64,000 nt of DNA. It comes from Epiperipatus broadwayi (lineage: Eukaryota > Animalia > Onychophora). The notes beneath the pieces are model-generated. The model did not search any database, was not told the origin of the DNA, and saw only the letters and a program-made list of their open reading frames with translations. Below are positions 55,506 through 64,000 of this stretch, in pieces. The first letter of the stretch is position 1. Each line of letters opens with the position of its first letter. The position numbers were made by a program, and so were the translations under genes. The stretch is taken from NCBI GenBank assembly GCA_028023455.1, contig JAQFVV010000010.1:13702001-13766000 (forward strand), read 5' to 3'.

Positions 55506-56286
55506 AGTTTGAAATGCGCTAGGAAATCTCTTAGTTTATTTTATATTATTACTAATAATTCTGATTAATAAATTTATATACCATTTATTACTATTATAGT
55601 ACAAAATCGTCAAATGAGTATTTTTTTTTGATTGCATTGATATTATAAGTTGTCCATTTATTAATATCTGAAAATCAGTTGTTTAAATCTGCAGAGATAT
55701 TTTATTTTTAATGGAAATAATTTTAACTCATTATAGAAAATGTAGATGGAATTACAAGATATGGGTTTAATATTTATAGGAGAATGGTACTTCTATTTCC
55801 AGTGGTGAAGGTTGCATCTTGTTATAATGATTCTATTTTTATTTTGTAGTCAGACACATCAACACTCATCTGACCAACCTAGATTAATCTGCAACCCAAT
55901 TAAGAATAACTAGATACTCATTTACTTATCAATTATTGAATAGCTAGTTAGATTGACTACAAATTGACCATCTAGAAAAATTTTAGGCATGCTTAAAAAT
56001 CTTATTTTTTTTTAAAAAAAAAACTCCATCAGCATTCAAACATACTTTCAACTAGTCAACAAGTGGTGAAATTGTATATTTCAGAAATTAATTCCTCAAA
56101 ACTATTTCTCATTTAGTGGCCGATACTTTGATAATATTTTGTTTTAAATATTGAGCTATCTTTTAAATGTTTTAATATAAAAAGTATTTTTTAAATATAC
56201 TCTTCAAATAATGTTTATTTTTACAAAAATTATCAGATACACTTGTCCCAAAAAACACCAACTATTAAACTTGCAATAATATTTCT

Positions 56287-57283
56287 AAATAATATTTTAA
56301 TTTGCGAAGCGCATATAGTTGAAATTGAAATATATCGAGATACTGCCAAATCTCTAGCACTCATTATAATACTTAACTGACAGCTAATCAGATGTCATGG
56401 ATAGCTGTCCAAATGACATACAAACTCAAACACACAACAAAGATTTTACGAGAAAAGGGCAGCCACCCTTTTCTCTACTTTTCTTTCTATATATCTAAGC
56501 CAGTCGTAAGCATTTAGGTTTGAAAGCTTTTTTTAAATATCTTCACAATTAACTCACTGAGTCTAAATCATAAATGTACAACGTGAAATCCTATGATTTA
56601 CTACAAAGTAGTTTTTAGAATAAATAACAAGCAGTAAAGTATGTAAATAATATTTTAATTTGCAAAGCGCAGATAGTTGAAAATTGAAATAAATCGAGGT
56701 ACTGCTAAATCTCTAGCGCTCATTAACTACCTAAATGCTTATGACTGGCTAAGGTATATAGAAAGAAAAATAGAGAAAAGGGTGGCCACCCTTTCTCATA
56801 AAATCTTTGTTGTGTGTTTGGGTTTGGATATCATTTGGACAGCTATCCATGACATCTGATTGGCTGTCAGTTAAGTATTATAACGAGCGTTAGAGATTTG
56901 GCAGTATCTCGGTTTAATTCAATTTTCAACTATCTGTGCTTCGCAAATTAAAATATTATTTACATATGTTACTGCTTGTTATGTATTCTAAAAGCTACTT
57001 TGTAGTAAATCATAGGATTTCGCGTTGTACGTTTATGATTTAGATTCAGTGAGTTAATTGTGAAGATATTTAAAAAAAGCTTCAAGCTTTCAAACCTAAA
57101 TGCTTACGACTGGCTTAGATATATAGAAAGAAAAGGTAGAGAATAGGATGGCCGCCCTTTTCTCGTAAAATCTTTGTTGTGTGTTTAGGTTTGAATGTCA
57201 TTTGGACAGCTATCCATGACATCTGATTGGCTGTCTGTTAAATATAATGAGCACTAGAGATTTGGTAGTATCTCAATTTATTT
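56287..57283. mobile_element. Fold-back of a 358-bp tandem unit (about 1.2 units forward, 1.55 inverted)
   Basis: Unit starts at 56287 and 56645; the inversion point is ~56730. 13-bp TSD caataatatttct at 56274-56286 and 57284-57296. Confidence 0.88.
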
Positions 57284-57304
57284 CAATAATATTTCTGTAG
57301 TTTA

Positions 57305-57488
57305 ATTTTCACTACACCACTCTCATGCAAGGTAGGGAATGGTTTCTGGCCACTTTTAACACCTTGTGGAGGGATATAGACATGTGGAAAATGTCTGTTT
57401 ATGTGTTTATGATTATATCCCTCCACAAGGTGTTAAAAGTGGACAGAAATCATTCCCTACCTTGAGTCAAAGTGATATAGTGAAAATG
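57305..57488. repeat. Inverted repeat (~70-bp arms)
   Basis: caaggtagggaatggtttctggccacttttaacaccttgtggaggg versus ccctccacaaggtgttaaaagtggacagaaatcattccctaccttg. Confidence 0.85.
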
Positions 57489-58395
57489 TTGGATAATATC
57501 TAGTCTAATGAATGATTAAAATAAGTTATTAATTAAACTTAACAAATGTAAATATTTTAAATTTTATCCTTAATTCTGTGCCAATAAATGATGCATTATG
57601 GAAATAAAGATGGTGCGTCAAATCTCTAATAATTCAGTTTTTGTAATGTAATGTTACAAAACCAATTTTTATTAGTATTCAAAATAAAAAAATTATAATT
57701 TCAATTTCATTGAATCAAAGTAAAAAAGGAATATTTTTCCTATGTTCATTTTTGATACTTTTCTAATCTTGAAATGCCTAATCCAGAATGAAACCAAAAT
57801 AGCTTTTAATTTTCATTTTGTAATTGACAGTCTTAGATTAGCAGTTTGTACTCTGATCTTCCTTTACAAGCCTTGCAGTTTTATTTTTTTACAATTTTTT
57901 TTTCAGTTATCTATCACATTACAAAAGAAAAGTAGGAAAGTAATAATAAATGGGAATTCAATGATTAGTGGGAAATTGCTTTTTTATTTATATTGAGGCC
58001 ATCCATTGTTATGAATTGTTTATGAAAATACATTATTGTATAGTAGAAGACATAATCTTAATAGACATAATGTCATAAGTGTCTTATAAAATTGCTTTAA
58101 CATTTAAAAAAAGCCTTTCCTTTTCTTAAATCTTAGTTCCTAGTATTTGCAGGTATTTTAAAAATATTGAAGGAAAAATAGATAAAATTATCCTTAACAA
58201 GCAGTTATTTTATAAATTGAAGAATTTTTATGATGTGTACTAAACAATTGAAAAACTTTTTTCATTACTTGCAAAATTCTTTTCATTAGCTCTGGTTGAA
58301 TCTGCTGACATAAGTGATATAATATATACATATGATACCATTTCCAACTTTCTTATACACTTAACAATACCATTTTTATACCAAAACTTTACCCT

Positions 58396-58427
58396 TACAG
58401 TTTCGACTGTCCTGCAGTCATCATCAG
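58396..58427 (-). ncRNA. Minimal hammerhead ribozyme, core intact
   Basis: CUGAUGA-U-GACUG-CAGGA-CAGUC-GAAAC-U-GUA. Confidence 0.65.
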
Positions 58428-58558
58428 AGCTACAATGTCCAAATATATAATTATACAATTAATACTTTATATACACAGTCAATAACATACATCTTAGTCT
58501 GACCATTATAAATAATCATTTTCCATTTTATTATTCTACCCCTTAACTAATTTTATTT

Positions 58559-59065
58559 TAATAACTAATCTTTCTTATTGCATTACCAAAGGTATATCAT
58601 ATAATACTAAATCATCCACACACTTTATTACTGTTACACAATGTTTTATTTACCACTCTCTTTTACAGTTTTGATTGCCCCAGCAATCTTCAGATCTTTT
58701 ATGTCTCCTAACTTCAACTGCTAAATTCAAATTTTTTAATAAGTTGTACATTAAAATAATTATTAATTAATTATATTTTCAATAAATTATTATAATAAAT
58801 ACAATAATCAATTCAATGAATTTGAAAGAATTATAAAATATTATTTTAATTTTTTAATTATTTTAATTTCAATTCAGTTTAAATATTTTATTAACAAAAT
58901 ACATAACTAAAATTAATAAATTTGAATTTAGCAGTTGAAGTTAGGAGATATAAAAGTTCTGAAGAAGATTGCTGGGGCGATCAAAACTAAACTAAAAGAG
59001 GGTGATAAATAAAGCATTGTGTAACAGTAATAAAGTGCATGGATGATTTAGTGTTATATGATACA
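58559..59065. mobile_element. Second HHR palindrome nested in the left arm of the large one
   Basis: Arms ~58592-58740 and 58915-59063. HHRs at 58664-58693 (-) and 58959-58990 (+). Imperfect ~10-bp TSD aattttattt/aattttaatt. Confidence 0.82.
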
Positions 59066-60479
59066 AATTTTAATTTCTTATTTACAGTATTTTATTATTA
59101 AATTATTCTAAAACAATTTTATTATAATTTTAAAATGTAATCTTTAAACCCTACTATCATTTTATTATCTTTTTAATTATATTTTCTTAATTACTTCTAA
59201 ACTTTCTTTATTTTTATTATATATTTAACTATCAACTTTTTTACATTATAAATTACATTTTTATCACATTTCCAAAAACCAACTATCAAATTTTCAAAAA
59301 TTCTTATACTTGTTTAACAACTTTCTCTATCATCATTTTTTTTAACTTTATTTTTAAATATTTTTATATTCAAACTATTATTAATAATAATAACTATAAT
59401 TATTCATAAAATTATTAACTTTACCCCAAAATCTCTATTAAGACTTGGTTTTATATTTTTAATCAATATTGCCTTTTTAATTTTCCTATCCCTTCTATTA
59501 CTTGTATAATTAATAATTTTATACTATCCTTCTCAAACCTTACACCTGTTTCTAATGAATGCAAATAAATAGATGACCATATATAAAACCAAATCTAAAT
59601 AGAGATTTTGGGGTAAAGACAATAATTTTTTGAATAATTACAGTTATTATTATTAATAATAGTTTGAATATAAAAAGGTTTAAAAATAAAGTTGAAGAAA
59701 ATGATGATAGAGGGAATTGTTAAACAAGTATAAGAATTTTTGAAAATTTGTCAGTTGGTTTTTGGAAATAGAAATATAAAGATGTTAGTATTTAGTAATG
59801 TAATAAAAAGGTAATTTATAATGGAAAAAAGTCAATAGTTAAATATATAATAAAAATAAAGAAGATTTAGAAGTAATTAAGAAAATATAATTAAAAAGAT
59901 ATTAATAAAATGATAGTAGAGTTTAAAGATTAAGTTTTATAATTATAATAAAATACTATAAATAAGAAGATAAAATTAGTTAAGAGTAGAATAATAAAAT
60001 GGAAAATGATTATTTATGATGGTCAGGGTAAGATGTATGTTATTAATTGTATGATTATATATTTGGATATTGTAGCTCTGATGATGACTGCAGGATAGTC
60101 AAAACTATAAGGATAAAGTTTTGGTGTAAAAAAGAGTATTGTTAAGTGTATAAGAAAGTTGGAAATGGTATATGTAAATATAAAAATCAATACATAAAGG
60201 AAAGAGGAAGAAGGAAATTGTATTACTTCCATAAGTGATATAACACAAACATTTTTATAAAAGGGATTGATGACAGATTTAATATGTTTGAAGAGGTTAG
60301 TGGTCTTAAATCACTTTATTATAAAACAAGAGTCTATAAATATATATATATATGATGATTAGAAAATATATAATTAGTCTGTTTTGTTTTGGTCTGATGG
60401 AGCTATATACTAAGAATCATTGTGTAGAAAAACTAAGCATCAACTATTATAAAATGTTTAAATAAAATTAGAATGAGAG

Positions 60480-61740
60480 GGTTAAATAGGCAAGAACTCG
60501 AAGAATATGGGTAAATGTTAGATTTGAAATATGGCAATCTCATTCTGCATTGGCTTTCTAGAGGACAGCTGTTATGTAGACTTTGAAAACTGAAAATTTC
60601 TGTTCATGATTTACTGAATGAAAAAAATGGAGCTGTTGTGGAAAGAATTTTTTTATATGATAATAACTGGTTATTTAATTTAATATTTTTAGTTGTTGTA
60701 ACCAACCATCTGTGTGATCTAAATCTGAAACTGCAAGCAAGAACAAATTGTTTCCTAATTTAATAAGTAATAATATATATTTAAGATGAAATTAAAATTG
60801 TTCCCTTTTCAATTAAAAAAGATTTGACCTAGTTTTTGCACTTAAAAAAGCAAAATGAATATGCTGAGAATAATGCTAATTTTTTACAATGTATTTTAAA
60901 AAATCAAATGATCACTGCCGGATGAAGGTCTCTCCAAGTTCAATCCATCTTTTCCTATCTTTAGCTTCTTTTCTCCAATGTCATCCATCCATCTCACATG
61001 TGGTCTCATTCTGGGTCTTTTACAATCTTGGAATCCAGTTTAAAATTTCAATTGTTCATCTATTATCATCTCTTCTAACAATATGTCGAGCCCAACTCCA
61101 TTTCAGTCTTACTTTTTTCAAAGAGGTCAGTAGCACCTGTTTGTTCTCTTACCCATACATTATGTTTCCGATCCCTTCTTGTTACTCCCAGCATGCATCT
61201 CTCCATACTTCTTTGAGTGGTCTCAAGTCTCTGTATTGCTCTTCTATTAAGTGTCCAAGTCTCAGATTCATAAGTAAGAACTGGCAAAACACATTTATTA
61301 AAAACCTTTTTCAAACACATGGGCATATTTCCTTTTAGTATCAAGTTATTTCTACCAAAAGCACTCCAACCAAGTTTAATTCTATGATTAATTTCATCAT
61401 ACTCACTTTTATAAATTACTTTTTACTTAGTGAATAAAAAATTCAGTACACACAAATGGAACTACTGGCTTGTAAACAGATTCATTATTGAAAATGAAAT
61501 TTCTCAAACATTTCACGTTATAAATTCTGTTAATAGGATTTTTTCTGTTGATTATTTATTGTCTTGTGAATTCAGAACTAAGAAAATTTATCCAAAGTTA
61601 CTTTGGTACAGCTTTTGGGTGTGAACAAAGATTTTCATTGTAATGGCCTGATTCAATTTAAAAATGCTCTGCTGCTTTTATTAACAAATTGAACTCCAAA
61701 CACTAAACATTTGGGGAAAGCAAAACAAATAAGTAATATT
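60480..61740 (+). mobile_element. hAT (Charlie/SPIN-like) transposase remnant, split by an RTE
   Basis: YGNLILHWLSRG, WLFNLIFLVVVTNHLCDLNLKLQ and, after the RTE, FGTAFGCEQ. Confidence 0.75.
60905..61395 (-). mobile_element. RTE LINE 3' fragment
   Basis: ORF 61075-61344 KGNMPMCLKKVFNKCVLPVLTYESETWTLNRR is nearly identical to 39317-39760. Confidence 0.92.
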
Positions 61741-64000
61741 TAAACTTTTAATTTTTTCTGCAATGCATTATTATGTTATGAATTAAATGTTCCCAAAAAT
61801 AACAGAACATTATATGTGCAAAAATGAATGTTTATATTATAGTTAACATACATTCAAATAAAAATGGTTAAATTTCAATATATGCAATATTAACCAAACA
61901 TCTGTGATGGTAATGAGAATGATTTATACTCTTAACACTGAACATTAAACTAAGTACAATTACTCCCAAAAGTATTTAATTTGTTTTTCTAGTTTCAGTT
62001 AAAAAAATGAAACTTTAAGGTGCCAAACCTTTTAAATAGGAAGTTTACTTTTGGAACACTTATTAACATCCAATCATCATCATGTATAAATTATTACAGT
62101 TATGGCTTCATATCCCTAGTAGATTGCATGGTTTCTCAGAGTTGTGGATATTGATAGCGTAATGGATGTTAACAGTACAATGTTTGGAGTTCGATAAACA
62201 AAGAAACTAAATTGAGTAGAAATAAAAATAAGTTAATAGTTTATTAACAATGGATATATAAACTTGTTGCTTATGTATTTGCAACTAAATAGAATAGTAA
62301 AAATAATAATTATTAGAGATATTTTAAACCTAAGGCCTTAGAATAATTATATTAACAAGATCTTACCAAGAGTAAAATTTGAAAAGTTCAAAACCGTCAT
62401 GTTCTGCCGATATCTTTTTTACTATATTTATGAATATCTTAATTCATCCAAGACAATAGTTGTCCTTCTTGGGCATTAATGAAGTTAGACAGTGAATTCG
62501 GTAGATCCGGGTAGGTCTTGCAGCATAGTCCACTTCTCTTCTCACAGCATGATTAAAACAGATGGCTGTTTTTAGCAAACTTCAGCATTAGCCAGGCATT
62601 ATGACTGTTATAATTATTTGTTTCTAGCCACACATAGTAGTTAGTCTTCTGCTATCTAATGTCATAATTGGCTGGTGGATCTTGGTATTGAAAAATATTT
62701 TTAATGGTACAAGGCACGGCAAACCGAATAATTGTGGAAAATTGTTTTAACTTGCACTTTCTCTTCTCTTTATGAGATAACTGCAACACTCTTTCTTGAA
62801 TTAAGGCTTGGAATACACTAGACCTTTTTTTTATTTTAATTGCCTAAACCAGGGTATTTAAGTGACATGCATCATATATCTAATCCACGCTTATCCACAC
62901 ACAACAGTTTTATGCATTTTATTTTACTATGCAACTTTGTAATGTAACTAATTCAAGCAGCTACTGGATTTTGTTTCAATTACAATATATTTTATACAAA
63001 AATTAAATAATGGAAGAATTGCATCTGAACTTATGCATTAAAAATTGTAGCTTTTAAAATTTAATTTATTTTTTATAATATATATATTTTTAATAATTGT
63101 GTATTATCTTTTCAAAATATATCTTCAATACATTCCATTAATGTATTTTTTTTTTTCCAAATTCTTTTAATCTCTATTATCAGCATTGAAATTAGATGAA
63201 ATGTTAGCCACGTTAAATCATATTATCTGTTGCATTTTTTGTTAGGCTCAATTCAAACTTGTGCCAAGACATCAATGTGGTAATTGGTCATGATGTTAAT
63301 TAAAGATTTAGATAGCATAATTGGAGTTCTTAACTTTACTAAATGTATATCAAATATTTTCAATTCAGTCCTTTTTCGCTATCTTAGAAACTTTTGTAAA
63401 TTATTTTTTAAATTTATCAGTGATCAAATTTATGCATATTTTTTCTCTTTATTATCTATCGAAAAACTTTTCATCTGTTATAGAGGAAAAAGTAAATATA
63501 TATCTAATTTCATATAATATATTCAATTTTTCACCTTATCTTGTAAATTGAATATGATAAAATTCTGGAATATGCTTCTACTATTTGATAATTAGAATTA
63601 ATCTGGATTAGATTTATTTTGATCTTACAACAAAAGTTTGATTTGAAATTGTTTTTAGAGCAAATTTTTTTAGAAAGATGGTTACTATTACTTGGGATGT
63701 ATGATTAAAAAAAATTTAAAATAGCTTTCTTAGTATTTCTGCACTTTATTGCTGAATATTCTTTGAAAAAAGATTATTCACTTTAAGCTTAAGGGTATAT
63801 AAATCCAATAACAAAATCAGCTGGAATCTCTCTTATCAGCACATTCATAATTACTCTTGTTCACAATTCTTATTTTATTTAAAAATGAAATTTGGCAGCC
63901 TCCTATTTACATCTCTGGAGATTAACAAAGATCATATTCCACATTGCTAATGATTGTTCAGTTTATATATACAGTGGCATAATTTAGTTGCATGAATTAA

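Larger units (their letters stand above)
58323..60229. mobile_element. Large PLE-derived HHR palindrome (~650-bp arms) with GIY-YIG coding remnant at the centre
   Basis: 14-bp TSD cataagtgatataa at 58309-58322 and 60230-60243. HHRs at 58396-58427 (-, intact) and 60078-60109 (+). Minus strand 59575-59420 encodes SSIYLHSLETGVRFEKDSIK/IINYTSNRRDRKIKKAILIKNIKPSLNRDFGVKL. Confidence 0.9.

Noticed and set aside
56677-56859. 60-aa ORF across the fold-back centre
   Set aside because: Spans the inversion junction of a non-coding repeat and has no recognisable motif.
62380-62620. GC-richer island, possibly a LINE 5' UTR or ribozyme
   Set aside because: No HHR or HDV-like fold and no second copy could be established by eye.

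Overview
Very AT-rich, CpG-depleted, repeat-dense eukaryotic (animal, probably arthropod; inference) DNA, not prokaryotic. Only one host coding exon is recognisable: exon 1 of a DCAF5 (WDR22) orthologue at 42363-42564 (+), in a CpG-rich promoter that may be bidirectional. The rest is largely decayed transposons: a ~9.5 kb Ty3/Gypsy element with both LTRs (7098-16605), Penelope-like elements (PLEs), several RTE LINEs, an L1/Tx1 LINE, Merlin, mariner and hAT remnants, TA- and TTAA-flanked MITEs, and a tRNA-derived SINE. The most striking unexplained structure is a recurring class of palindromic insertions built as TSD (11-15 bp), short one-sided tail, arm, loop, inverted arm, TSD. Many carry outward-facing minimal hammerhead ribozyme (HHR) motifs; I counted 18 HHR-like motifs by eye. 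One palindrome still holds PLE GIY-YIG coding sequence in its loop. Others share the architecture but have no recognisable HHR, including a fold-back made of 358-bp tandem units. Coordinates of decayed elements are approximate, and all assignments come from visual motif recognition without database searches.
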